A DNA stretch of 64,000 bases, taken from the NCBI GenBank assembly GCA_025603075.1, contig MU626303.1, positions 1 to 64,000 on the forward strand. Reading direction: 5' to 3'. This document shows positions 13,091-25,015 of this stretch, in pieces. The notes under the pieces are model-generated. The model was not told the DNA's origin. It saw only the letters and a list, made by a program, of their open reading frames with translations, and searched no databases. The translations under genes and the position numbers were made by a program. The DNA is from Neoconidiobolus thromboides FSU 785. Its lineage: Eukaryota; Fungi; Entomophthoromycota. Numbering within the stretch: position 1 is the stretch's first letter; each line of letters starts with the position of its first letter.

Positions 13091-14091
13091 ATGAGTTTGG
13101 AAATAATGAAAGCCCAATTTAAAGATATTTTAGAAAACCCATTACGAAGAAGATTAATTTATACAATAATAGGAATAGCTATTTATTTAATAATTGTATT
13201 ACCCATTGTATTAACATTAGAACCAAAGGAAGTGATTACTACTCAAACTAAAGAAGAGTTTGATAAGATACGCAATAACGATATCATAATAGCAAGGAAT
13301 CGAGTACAAGCCATTGATCCAATTGGAAAAAATATAACTATTTATTCACGTATACTTGCTTTTGGACAATTAGCTAATGATGTTGGTGTATTATCTCAAG
13401 ATTTAACTTGTTCTTTTTATTATGGTACACCTAAACTAATTGCTAATAAAATACCAGAGCCCTTATCTTTTACTGTACCATTAGTAGAAGGAGATATTAA
13501 ATATTATCCATTTGAACAATTCAAAGCATATATACCAATGAATTGTAATAATCAACAGATTACTGGCTTTTCAATGTTATTTGATGATGGAGCACCAGGA
13601 TATTCATTAAATCAAGAAATCAAACATTATTCGGAATTATCTGATGAAGAGAAAACTCTATTTTATGGCAAAGTGAGTGATGCAAATAATGTTATTTGTA
13701 TACTAAAATTTAGTCAATCTGCCACCAACAAATTCTTTTCAATTTTTGTTACTATTATTATGTGGTGTTTGGCAGTTGCTTTAATTATTTGTTCTTATCA
13801 AATAGTTGTATTGAGAAATGAGCCCCCTCCTCCTTTAATTGCTTTAGGTGTTACCTTATTATTTGCATTACCAAAGTTAAGAGATTCTCAACCTGGGGCT
13901 CCTAAGTTTAATGCTATGTCCGATGTGGCTGGATATTATTGGTGAGTGTTCTTTATTGTTAATTTTATTGTTTAGTTTTAAATTAATTATTTGTTTAAAT
14001 TAGGTGTTTATTTTTAATATCTTTATCAATTTCTTTAAATTTCTTTGCATTTGGTTTAAGATGGCGAAAAGCTAAAACTGGTGCAAAATAA
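13091..14091 (+). CDS. DUF4436-like membrane protein, paralogue 2
   Basis: Same architecture, YPFE, LFALPKLRDSQPGAP; intron 13942-14003 at the same TG|G position; exon 2 CLFLISLSISLNFFAFGLRWRKAKTGAK. Confidence 0.85.
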
Positions 14092-14329
14092 TTAATTGTT
14101 ATTAACTTGTTTTTCTTCAAATAAAATTCTATCTAATCTCGATGTTTTTATTGCTTATTTACGAACAACAATGTTGTTTAATTTTATCATATATTATGAT
14201 ACTAACTTAATATAAGAAAAATAATTTATCATTCAAAATAATATGTATAAAAACTCAATTGATACTAAAAAATTATATTTATAATGTTATAATTTTAAAA
14301 AAAAGAAAGCTAAGATCAATTGACACCTT

Positions 14330-15513
14330 TTACGAATCTTTCATTGAAATAACAACGGCAGAAATAAGTTCTAAATAAGGTAGAAATATAGGATGACTTT
14401 CCTTTGAAATGCCTAATAAGCCAAGTACTTTTGAAGTTGGTGGGTATTTAGAAAATTCTGATAATAAACTTTCTGCTTGAGCCATGGCTGATTCTAATTG
14501 ATGTTCATCAAGCCAACCATCTAAAACTTGGGCTGAATAAGCAGCTAATGCTAATAATACCCTTCGAAGTCTCAAAAATGGTGTTTGTTGTGGGTTTCTT
14601 GGATGATGCATAGCAGACAATGTTTGTTCATAAGGTAAAGTAAGGATTGAACGAATACTTGATGCTATATCTCGACGTACTTGTGGGGTGCGTAATGGGT
14701 AGACACTCATTTCAAATATAACAAAACTTCTAGTATCATTTCTTAACACTCCTTTTTCAACTAAGCCTTTTGCAATTCTTTCTCTTACCATTTTTAATTG
14801 ATAACCTAACTTATTAAAATTCCATGTTTCTCCTAAACAAATAACATTTTAAAATCAATGCTTTATCAAATGATATGAATTAAATTAAATATGAAATTTA
14901 ATTTATTAATTTCAAAAATAAACAAAAATTAATTACCGTTTAGATAAGCGATCCAATTTTTTAAATCTAATTGTTCTCTTGAAGATATCATTACTTTTAT
15001 GGCTTCATCTAGTAAAAATTCATCCAAACTTTCACCCTTTGTAATTGAAATTAATCGTTGGCTTGGTAATAAAATAGTTTGTGTTTTATTAACTGCAAAA
15101 GAGACTCTTTTTCTTAATGCTAACTCAGCCATGATACAAGCTCTTAATATATAACTAAGACTATCATTCCAAAATGATAGATGTCCCTAAAAATTGAATT
15201 CATATTAATATTCTAAAATATTTTCATTTCAACTCAAGGAAAATGCCATTTAATTATTTTCTGGTAGAATACATAACTCAATAATCTTTATAATCGACAA
15301 TAACAACAATAAAATAATTACCTCATCTTTTAATCCAAGTAAAAAAAGTTCTTCCATCAAAGTTAAAGCTGGTTTATAAGGGGACAAATTATAGTCTATT
15401 ACTTCTTTTTCTTCTTGTTCCATAGAATCATTCATTTTATTAATTTGTTCTTCGTTATAAGGGTCTTCACTAGTGAGACCAGCATTCTTACGTCTTTTCA
15501 TACCTTCCATCAT
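14330..15513 (-). CDS. VPS74: Golgi phosphoprotein 3 / Vps74 (GPP34) family, multi-exon
   Basis: LTLMEELFLLGLKD, LSFWNDSLSYILRACIMAELALR, LLDEAIK, ETWN...YQLKMVRERIAKGLVEKGVLR; first ATG at 15513 (ORF track start is TTG). Confidence 0.9.
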
Positions 15514-15787
15514 AATCAATTATAACTTTTAGTTTTAAGAAAATATAGCAATCAAAATACGATGAAGATGATAAGTTTTATCTATTTAATTAGCTTAATG
15601 ATATATTTGTTTTGTATTTTTAATTTACTTTTTATTTTGAATTGATAAAAGTTCCTTATCCAATTCAAGTGGATGTTATTAAAATGCATCAATTTCGAAT
15701 TTATGCAAAAATTGATCAAAATATTGAGTTTGGAAACTTAAAAAATTACAATCAATACGTTATACTTTCTATTGTTGATTTTCAATC

Positions 15788-16313
15788 ATGTCAAATAGGT
15801 AAAATTTAAAATTTAAAAGTTAATTAAACTATATTAATAAATAATTAAGGGGAAAAAATCAATATAATAGTGACTATAATGAATATAATATGGGAACCTC
15901 CACTTCAGACTCTTTATTATATGAGTCCCAAAATAATATGAAAATGGATGAGTTATCAAGTAAAGTATCTCAGTTACATAAAGTAAATTTAATCATTCAT
16001 CATTTGAACTATTAATTAAAACCAATCCATTAACTATTAGGTAACATTAGACATTCATGGACTTGTAGAAGAACAAAATCAAGCATTGGATGAATCCCAA
16101 ACTACATTTGATAGTTTTGGAGATAGATTAAAAAACACACAACATCGAGTACGAAATATGTTAACTTCACAAAATAGAAGAGTAATGATGTATGCAATAA
16201 TAATAATATTTTTCCTTTTTATTATCATTTATCATTATTTCAATCGTACTTCAGAAAAAGTAGAAGCATTATCAGAGCCTATCGAAGACTTTTTGCAAGC
16301 ACCTTTTTCTTAA
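15788..16313 (+). CDS. Qc-SNARE, Bet1/Sft1-like
   Basis: Probable exons from ATG 15788; SNARE heptad MDELSSKVSQLHK|VTLDIHGLVEEQNQALDESQTTFDSF with central Q, followed by a hydrophobic C-terminal anchor. Confidence 0.75.
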
Positions 16314-17529
16314 TCTATAGGATAATGATGTAATTTTTTTTAATGCTTAAGAAGCTTATTTATCGCAAATATATGCTTGATTTATTTCAATTGGAAGATT
16401 CAAGTTTAACATTTCTTTTATTAAATAATATATTTTAATATATTTTTTAGCTAAATGATTTTAATTTTATAAATATCAATTGTAATATAGAAATAGGATA
16501 TAGATAGGATTTAACGAGTGTTCATTTATTAAATACAAATTATGGACAAAAAGATTATTTTTGTAACTATTTTATTTAAAATTAGTTTGGGAATTAGTAA
16601 ACTATGCCAAGTAATACTGCTACTACAGCTCTATTGCAACCTAGTTAACCATTCATTTAATAATAAAGTTTTGCTAAAATTGTACTAAAATTGTATTAGA
16701 ATTGTACTAAAATTTAATGATTAGGTTCTAAAAAATCAAATAAGCAAATAACTAGCTCTAAAAACTATAACAAGTTAAGTCAAATAGAGTTGCAGCTGTA
16801 AGCCAACATCTTACATGGAAACCAAGAATGCTTTTTCTTTTGATGAGGTCTTAATGGACTGTAAAAAAAGAGGCTTATACAAAAAATTCTTTTTGTATAA
16901 AAAAGGAAGTCAATCAAAAATTACCAAATCAAAAATAAGTATAATTGTTTTTATATGCCCTAATTCCTAACCTACGATTTAATTTAATAAATATATATAT
17001 GAAAAATGACATGTCTTAAGTTGTTTTGAAGATATACCACCAATTTCTATTATGATTTACAAATCTATACTTTATCAAAAATTTTACTTTCTTCCCTAGT
17101 TTATTAAGACATCAACTTGTTCCTTTTGTGTTTTAAGTATTTTTTATAGAACATGAAATTTGTGAATATCTTACCATCAAATGTCTATTACCAATATTAT
17201 ACACAATCGTAAATATTTAAGTCTGTTTCTATCCAAAATTAACATAATTTCATTATATTACTAGTACTTTATATTGATTTTTATAAATGTATTAATATAT
17301 AAGTATAATAATACATTTAATTTATGTTAAAATATTTCAATTTATTTTTATGAATAAATTAGTATAAGTAAAACCTTATACTTATGCAACATTAATGATT
17401 CCTTAGATATGTTTTATATAATAACAAAATAGATAGCTTGAATTTTTTTTAAAAAGAATTAATATATTTTGAGTTTTTATTTTTATTGTTTTTATATAGC
17501 TTGAAGTTTAAAAAAAATAAATTAGTGAG

Positions 17530-17630
17530 AAATGGAGATATATTTTTATGTTTAAGAATTTTACTAACAATTTTTCCGCTCAAATACTGCTTAAGATGGA
17601 AAAAGTAATAAAGCCAAAACATCCTCAATT
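17530..17630 (+). mobile_element. family A repeat, copy 2
   Basis: Core TTTAAGAATTTTACTAACAATTTTTCCGCTCAAATACTGCTTAAGATGGAAAAAGTAA; degenerate termini. Confidence 0.8.
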
Positions 17631-17716
17631 ATAATTATTCTTTCAATTAAATTATAATTTTAAATTTCGTTAATAACAACTTTTGAGAATTAAAAAATTA
17701 ACCATGAAAAATAAGA

Positions 17717-17815
17717 ATTGGGGATGTATTTTTGTGTTTAAGAATTTTACTAAGATTTTCCACTTAAATAGTGCTTAAAAAATGGAAAAAATGAAGTCAA
17801 AAAACACTCCCATAA
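17717..17815 (+). mobile_element. family A repeat, copy 3
   Basis: TTGGGGATGTATTTTTGTGTTTAAGAATTTTACTAAG...ATGGAAAAAATGAAGTCAAAAAACACTCCCATA. Confidence 0.8.
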
Positions 17816-18080
17816 TTTATTATTAAAAAAGTATAAAATATTATATGTATTACTATTAGCTTAGTCCCAGAATGTTGAACATACAAACTTGAATAAAAAA
17901 ATGACCTTCAACTTCATTCAACTTTATAACCACTTTGCTTATAATATTTAGCTATAATAAAACTTTAAGGATTTAAATAGGGATAATTAATTTAGTTAGT
18001 GGGTAGTATGATATTATTTGAAATGTGTCCTATTTTTTTGCTATAAAATTCAAGCAGTAGGTGTCAGTTAATTCAGCTAA

Positions 18081-18233
18081 AACAGCTTACAGTTAGACAA
18101 CTTTATGTTTCAATTTATAACCAATTTCTTTTGATATGAATTTGAGAGCAATATTTTTTATATACCTTTAAATTTGTATTAAAAACGTAACTCCAAATCA
18201 AAAACAATGAAATATATCTAACTGTAAGTTGTT
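18081..18233. repeat. small inverted-repeat element, possible TA-CAGT MITE
   Basis: AACAGCTTACAGTTAGA (18081-18097) vs reverse complement of 18217-18233 AACAACTTACAGTTAGA, 16/17 identical; a 13-nt match TAACTGTAAGCTG recurs at 33211. Confidence 0.4.
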
Positions 18234-19224
18234 CTATTATTAATTTTAAAAAAAGATTAATATGGTTAGTGATTTATTACGTATACTTACATGATCGAGT
18301 TTAAAACATAAGCCTTTATATTAACCTTAAAAGTAAGCGATTGAAAAGTATTGCACAATGCATATTATTTGTTTACAAAAACTGTGAGTGTGAAATCTTT
18401 GAGATTTGATAATAAAACATTGGTGTTTTATTACCGAGTTAATAGGAATAAGAATAAATATAAAATGCTGTAACGTTGTTTAAGATACTTATTTAATGAA
18501 TGAATATCGAAGCCTTAATGCCAAGGTCAAGGAGGTAAATGAGCAGCCCAGGTAAATAAGTTCAGTATAAAATTTGGAGTATAATATATGAGACACTATG
18601 TTATATTAAAAAAACTTTTTTTTGACTATAACGTTGAATCGATTAACTGCTTTAGTAGGTTCGGGTTCGACTTAGCTTTGAGTTTAATTACTTTTGTTAG
18701 AATATGAGACAATTTAAATTATTGTTACAAACGTAATGTTCAAAGCCATAATGTTATTCATATTTAGAGTATAAATTTATTATACAAAATTGAATAACTA
18801 AATTAAGCTTAAAGCTAATGTAAGAATTTCTTGAATCAAAAATAAAAGAAGCTAATCATTTAGTCTTTGTTCAAAAATAGCTAACTTTAAGTGGTTAAGA
18901 ACTGGTCCTGCAACTTTTAACTATCACCTTATGTACTTTTTTTATTTTAAATTTAAAGATTATCATTGAAAATTTGGCTATAAAAATAAGATTACTATTT
19001 TTAATCATGTGAAACTAATTCAAGCCCCATTTAATTTTTGATAAGCCATATTATAAAATAAAATAGCTTTACATAAGGAATAATTCAAATAATTATATAT
19101 AAATAATACAGCCAACGTTTATCAACTTATTAAATTCGAAATTTAGTTTGTTTTCTTTTTCATCAAATTTCTATTTTTTTAGTATAGCATTAGGATTTAA
19201 TATATAAACAACTCGATATTTGAT

Positions 19225-19863
19225 ATGGAAGATAAAAGAAATAGTAAATGGTACATAACTTTATTAAATAAATTATCAACGAAAGGTGACAATTACGAAA
19301 AAAATAAATTAAATGACATTATAAACAATACAAGAGCGTTAGAATGTTCGATGGGTTTGGATACTACTTGCTATAAACCTAAACTATCTCATAACCCTAA
19401 GCCGATAAACAACGATGCCTGGTGTAAATCGTTTATTAAAGTATCCAATTTAGTAACAAATTGTCAATCTAATCGTATACACCAAAATCCAAAGCTATCC
19501 AAAAATGAAAATGTTATAAAGCGTTCTCAAACTATGAATATAACTAGCAATACAACCTATATGCAAAGTATCCGAAAACTCAGAAATAACCCAAGGAGGC
19601 CGTTACTTCAAGTGGTATTAATCCAACATATGGTACACAAAATACGGGATGATGATAGTGTCAATTTAGATAGAGAAATGGGAATCAATCGATTTTCTTC
19701 CGAGATACCTTGTCATTTGACTGGTGTCAAAAATCGGAAAATTAAAAGTTATCCTACTTTAGTTCAAATCTTTTCTAATGAGAAAGAACTACAAATGAAT
19801 TTACTAAACGTATATACTGAAGATGATGATATCCCTATAGCATTATTAAATAAGAGAAAATAG
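19225..19863 (+). CDS. hypothetical protein (212 aa, intronless)
   Basis: ATG-initiated 212-codon ORF in AT-rich DNA with protein-like motifs LRNNPRRPLLQVVLIQHM and DDDIPIALL; no family recognised. Confidence 0.6.
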   Translation: MEDKRNSKWYITLLNKLSTKGDNYEKNKLNDIINNTRALECSMGLDTTCYKPKLSHNPKPINNDAWCKSFIKVSNLVTNCQSNRIHQNPKLSKNENVIKRSQTMNITSNTTYMQSIRKLRNNPRRPLLQVVLIQHMVHKIRDDDSVNLDREMGINRFSSEIPCHLTGVKNRKIKSYPTLVQIFSNEKELQMNLLNVYTEDDDIPIALLNKRK

Positions 19864-19945
19864 TTTCTATAGAATAAAATTTACTGTTTTGATTTTATGT
19901 TCAATTTATTTATTCATTTAAACTAAAGTATTTAAACTCAAAACT

Positions 19946-20047
19946 ATATGGGAGTGTTTTTTTTAACTTCATTATTTTTTTCATTAAGCACTATTAAGCG
20001 GAAAAATTGTTAGTAAAATTCTTAAACACAAAAATACATCCCCATAT
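19946..20047 (-). mobile_element. family A repeat, copy 4
   Basis: Reverse copy ending ...GTAAAATTCTTAAACACAAAAATACATCCCCATAT, between convergent genes. Confidence 0.85.
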
Positions 20048-20102
20048 TATGTTTTTGTAAATTTTTTATTCAAGCAATTACAATAGTTAAAATACTAACT
20101 CA

Positions 20103-21056
20103 TTATTTAGGTAAATCGGAGACTGGCTTTCTCCATCTTAGAGCATAAGAGAACAAGTTAAACATAATACAGACTGCGATGATACCAATACACCAAAAGA
20201 AAGCAATATAATCGGCAAGACAACCCATAACTGGAGAACCAGCTTGAGAATTTCTAACACCTGGTAAAGCAAAAAGGATAGAAACACCAACAGCTATTAA
20301 AGGGGGAGGTACTTCACGTTTTTGTACAACAAAATCAAAGGTAATGATTCCATATGGGATGGATAGCCCCCACATAACTGCCATAAGGAAAAAGGAAAAA
20401 GCTTGAGTTGAACTAGGTGTATTTAATTTGATTTCAACTGCTACAGCATCTAAGTTGTCATATAAGCCAAGGAACATATCCTTGTTTTCGCCATTTCTAA
20501 TTGAATCTGCTTCTATTTCTGGTTTATGGCTTACTAAACTTTTATCAATTTGGATAACTAATGGAAGAGGTTTTTTCTTAGAATCTAGGCAAATAACAGT
20601 GAAATAGCCTAAATACTGTTCAACTGGGTATTCACGAATAGTTCCATAACTTATTGGGACAGTAAAACTAACGGTATTAATGGGTTGCCCTTTGATAATA
20701 GTTTGCTTTCCATATAACAAATCACAAGTAACGTTTTGATTTGAGTTTTGGAGCTCATCAACATAATCTTCGCCAATCATTTGAAACTTAGCAAGCAAGT
20801 TTATTTTACGGGCTGGGGCTTCTATTGATTGAAATGAGAGAGCCAAATTGACACCACTAAATGAATCTAGATCTTCAAATCCCTCGGATATATAATCTGG
20901 TATACTATTCTTTAATTCTCTTAAATCTGGGTTATGAACCTTCTTAACAACTGGAATGACGATAATGCACCAAATACAGACACCTATAAATGAGAGAAAG
21001 ATTCTCCTAAGTCTTGTTGTAGACATAATCTTTTCATATAAATCTTTAATTGACAT
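20103..21056 (-). CDS. DUF4436-like membrane protein, paralogue 3 (intronless)
   Basis: 317 aa; TRLRRI anchor, YPVE, PPPLIAVGVSILFALPGVRNSQAGSPVMGCLADYIAFFWC. Confidence 0.88.
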   Translation of the reverse strand: MSIKDLYEKIMSTTRLRRIFLSFIGVCIWCIIVIPVVKKVHNPDLRELKNSIPDYISEGFEDLDSFSGVNLALSFQSIEAPARKINLLAKFQMIGEDYVDELQNSNQNVTCDLLYGKQTIIKGQPINTVSFTVPISYGTIREYPVEQYLGYFTVICLDSKKKPLPLVIQIDKSLVSHKPEIEADSIRNGENKDMFLGLYDNLDAVAVEIKLNTPSSTQAFSFFLMAVMWGLSIPYGIITFDFVVQKREVPPPLIAVGVSILFALPGVRNSQAGSPVMGCLADYIAFFWCIGIIAVCIMFNLFSYALRWRKPVSDLPK

Positions 21057-21696
21057 TTTAAATCTTGTATATCCAATAATAATTTTTTTTATTAAGCTTA
21101 GATATTGCTATCTTCTTATTCTGTTTATTTATATGGTTTTAAAATTCCTCATTTCGATGTGTTGTAAAAGAACAAATAGATATTCTAAAAATATTAAAGT
21201 TCCAGCTAAACTGTTCTTTTACTTGATAAAAATAAGTTGATTAAATACTCCCCAGTTTCTGAGAAATAAACAATAAATAATAAACGATTGTTGTGATTAT
21301 GTTATATATTCTACTTAGATTTATATCATATACCTTTTTACTATTTAGAATCAACTTGAATGTTTTAATGATGTTTAAATATAGAAATTACAGGCTTAAA
21401 CTTAGAAGGATATCTATAATTATTAATTATTTTTATTAATCAAAAATTGATTTTTTTATTATAAATCAAAAAATAAATTAAGTTATAAAAACAAAGGTAT
21501 TGAAATAATAGTAGATAAAACTAGAATTTAATTAAGATAAAAGAATAATAATAATTGTACTGATTATATAAAAACTTATTGGAATATTGATTTAATTTCA
21601 ATAAGAAATATTTGTATGTTCATACAATATTTTATAATTTTTTAATATCTACTCTTAACAGTTCTAATAAAGAAATTAGAATCTAAGACAAATAAT

Positions 21697-21799
21697 ATAT
21701 GGGAATGTTTTTTTTGCTTGAGAATTTTACTAGCATTTTTTCCACTTAAATAACGCTTGAAATGGAAAAAGTAATGAAATCAAAAAAACATCTCCATCT
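21697..21799 (+). mobile_element. family A repeat, copy 5
   Basis: ATATGGGAATG...AGAATTTTACTAG...ATGGAAAAAGTAATGAAATCAAAAAAACATCTCCAT. Confidence 0.8.
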
Positions 21800-22329
21800 T
21801 TATTTTCATTTCCCTTTAATTTAAATTCCATTGTTTAGTTAAATAGTAGTTCATATCAATATCGAAAATTCTACCGCAAATAATAGAATTTATGCTTATT
21901 AATACTTCAGTATAATTTGTTTATGCTTCTTTATTATTCTAATAAAACAATAGAATCATAAATAGGAAAACATTTTTAATCAGGTTATATTTTGATTGAA
22001 TTTATTAAAATTAGCATTATGTGGTTGTATAATATAAAATATTCACAAGTTTGTAATAAAGAAAACCATTTAGAAAAAACCATGGAGGTTCCATGTTACT
22101 AAACATTATTTTTATAATATCAAAAGCTTGGTTTTATTTGTTTTTATTGTAAGCAATAATTATTGTCACAAAAAGGTTGAAAGTGTATTTCTACCCATTT
22201 ATAGTCATGATGTTCCATTTAAATTTATTAAAGTTTATCAAAATAGTTCAAGTTATTGAAAAATATAGCAATGAGTTTAATTTCTATAATCTTTATAACT
22301 TACAAGTAAATAGAAATGATTATAACTAC

Positions 22330-22391
22330 TGTTAGCCCGGAAATCCTTTATTATTAACAAAATTCTTAAACATAAAAATATATCTCCATAT
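22330..22391 (-). mobile_element. family A repeat, partial copy 6 abutting copy 7
   Basis: CGGAAAT...AAAATTCTTAAACATAAAAATATATCTCCATAT; shares the terminal ATAT with the next copy. Confidence 0.6.
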
Positions 22392-22489
22392 GCGGCTGTT
22401 TTTTTAGCTTCATTACTTTTTCTCTTATAAGCAGTATTTGAGCGGAAAATTTGTTAGTAAAATTCTTAGATAAAAATACATCCTCATAT
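22388..22489 (-). mobile_element. family A repeat, copy 7
   Basis: ...GCAGTATTTGAGCGGAAAATTTGTTAGTAAAATTCTTAGATAAAAATACATCCTCATAT. Confidence 0.85.
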
Positions 22490-23156
22490 GATGAAATTTA
22501 AAACATGTATATTGAAAGTTTTTTAAATTATAATAAACATTTATGTAGATTATTTAAATTAACAAAATCCTTTTATTACATTAAGGTTATTTGTAATAGA
22601 AATATGTATTCAGATAACCACTTTTTAATAAATTATTTAACTATGTTCATGTTCATGTTCATGTTCTTTGTTTCCCTTTAATAAATTTTAGGATCAATTT
22701 GGTGTTAGTTTATGATAAATCTTATAATTTATTAAAGATAACAAATAAAAGTTCTTCATCCTAACTTTTTGGCTATTAATAAGGATTATTCATATTGATT
22801 ATTGATAATTTGAAAAAATAAAATGTTACAAAGATTTAAGGAGCTTATTTCGTATATAAAATTATGTAAAAAAATACTTCTCTTCAAATTGTATACTGTT
22901 TATGTTTGTATACTTATTAATATAAACATGGTCTGAATTATTGTCACTCCGTCATAATGAATTAAATATAGAAGTGCAATAAGTTTTTAAAGATCCAAGC
23001 CTTTGTAAGATCAGGAGTAGAATAGAAGTATTTGAAAAAAATCCTTCTTTTAATAATTCTTATATGCAAATTGTATAAGAACCATTCATGAACTGAATAA
23101 AATTTAGGGCATTTTCATACATTTTAACTGGTAGAGATCTTACAAAGCATTATAGG

Positions 23157-23259
23157 ATATAGGAATGTATTTTTGTGCTTAAGAATTTTACTAATAATTT
23201 TTCCGCTCAAATACTGCTTAGAAGATGGAAAAAGTAATAAAGCCAAAACATCCCCATAT
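23157..23259 (+). mobile_element. family A repeat, copy 8
   Basis: ATATAGGAATGTATTTTTGTGCTTAAGAATTTTACTAATAATTTTTCCGCTCAAATACTGC...AAAACATCCCCATAT. Confidence 0.85.
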
Positions 23260-23860
23260 AATAATTTCAATGAAATATTTATAGTTTTTATAGCAGCAAT
23301 TTATTTTTTACATGACAAATAAGGTTCTAAACTGGCTATGTTCTATAAATTTTGAATATTTTAAAAATTATGTCTATTTAGTTAAGTACTGTTGTACAAT
23401 TGAATGATTATATAAAAGTACAATATTGCTTTATAAATATAAAGTTTTTTAGAAACTATTATTACATCAAACTGCTTTCTTATTTTGTATTATTGTCAAG
23501 GTTTATTACGTTTTTATTGTTTGTTTGTAGAATATTAAATTTTACATTGAAATTTTTGTTTATTTCAATTAGGACACGTTTTTATAGTATAAATTATACA
23601 TACTTTTGTAGAATCTATTTAAAGTTTATAATGTCTTATGCTTTTAACTAATTCAACGTAATCTTTGTGTTATAAAATCCGTTACTCAAAGCAAATATTA
23701 CAGTAAATTTTGACTATTATATTATAAAAAAGACATTGAATTGTAAATATATTTTGTTTAATCGGGATAAAGTATAAAAACATAAAAGATACCACTCTAT
23801 TTTTTATGAAACAAGAATATTTATTGATAATATGATATGCCTTTAAATGTTTTAAAACTG

Positions 23861-25015
23861 CTATTCTTGTAAATACACTTCCATACCCTCTCCCCATCTT
23901 AATTGCACCTCTGTATCATCAAAATAAATAGCTCCAAAAGAAGATTTAACCCACTCTATAGCAGCATAAATATCTTGGTTCCATTTAGTAATTTTGAATG
24001 TATTTTTATGAGTAATATGGAACTGAAGACGTTCTTCTGCCTTAGGCAAATGGGGTGTTAGCCTAATAGAATTTTCTTCGTCTTCAGGTGCATATAAATA
24101 TTGACCTCCATGTTTAATATAAGTAATTCCATCCCTTGTTTCACATGTAACTTCAAAGTCTACATTACTTAGTACTCCAATAAGTTCATTTTCGAAGATA
24201 TCAATGGCATCATGCTCATGGTAATCATCATCATCGCCATCATCATCATCATTATCTTCATCGTTGGACTTTTCTTCGTTATATATTTTTAATGAATATA
24301 TTTTATCTTCATCTACTTTTTCCCCTGCAAAGTCAATTAAATTAAAGTTTGGTTTTCTCTCAACTTTAGGCCTTCTGTTAGGCAATTCTTTGTCTTCTTG
24401 AATCAATTTGTCGATGTTGCTGATTTCTTCAATTACCATCCAGGTAACTCTGGATTTAAGCTGACTACTATATTTGTAGCTCATTGTTGTATTGTGAGTG
24501 TTAAAACATTGATAATTATCGTTGCCTAGATAAACAACAAAAAAATGGCCTTGGACATTTTTAGATTTCGCTATATCAGCAAATTTTAAAATATCCATAT
24601 CATCATAATACTCAACTACTGTATTATCTTCGGTTCCATTTCGACTTATAAAGTCATTTTCTCTCATGAATAATATGTATGGAAGCTCCCCATTTATTAC
24701 TATGTTATCAGCGATATATAAATTACCGAAGGGATAACTAATTCCATTTTTATTTGTGAATTCATTATAAAAATAATTTAGTCGATCACTATTTCTCATT
24801 ACTAAGTTCCTACAATTATAGTCGCATTTGATCTCTTTATTAAAAACATACATTGAAAAATAATCCTCTCTTAATACGGCAAAAAAATCTTCTTTCCTCT
24901 TTTTGATTTCAGCATCAATGTCTGGTACTTTAATAAACTCACAATTTTTATCAACCATGCATTTATCAATATTGTCAATATCAACTTCAGAATAAATTAC
25001 TACCATCCCAAACAT
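23861..25015 (-). CDS. hypothetical protein (384 aa, intronless, acidic tract)
   Basis: Long ATG-initiated uninterrupted ORF in very AT-rich DNA; DEDNDDDDGDDDD tract; no family recognised. Confidence 0.7.
   Translation of the reverse strand: MFGMVVIYSEVDIDNIDKCMVDKNCEFIKVPDIDAEIKKRKEDFFAVLREDYFSMYVFNKEIKCDYNCRNLVMRNSDRLNYFYNEFTNKNGISYPFGNLYIADNIVINGELPYILFMRENDFISRNGTEDNTVVEYYDDMDILKFADIAKSKNVQGHFFVVYLGNDNYQCFNTHNTTMSYKYSSQLKSRVTWMVIEEISNIDKLIQEDKELPNRRPKVERKPNFNLIDFAGEKVDEDKIYSLKIYNEEKSNDEDNDDDDGDDDDYHEHDAIDIFENELIGVLSNVDFEVTCETRDGITYIKHGGQYLYAPEDEENSIRLTPHLPKAEERLQFHITHKNTFKITKWNQDIYAAIEWVKSSFGAIYFDDTEVQLRWGEGMEVYLQE

Noticed and set aside
16624-16800. TACAGCT...AGCTGTA ends around an 11-bp tandem (AAAATTGTACT x3)
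   Set aside because: Only 7 bp of contiguous terminal match; too weak to call a MITE.
18655-18675. GGTTCGGGTTCGAC resembling a tRNA T-loop
   Set aside because: No acceptor, D or anticodon stems could be built around it.
22642-22666. Microsatellites ATGTTC x4 (also TAGTAT near 52027 and AATGAG/AATAAG near 8529)
   Set aside because: Ordinary short simple repeats.
23400-23897. ORFs 23400-23651 and 23682-23897 (also 20956, 35133, 45439, 50263, 51647)
   Set aside because: Short, low-complexity F/I/Y/L-rich translations of AT-rich intergenic DNA or repeat copies, several with non-ATG starts.
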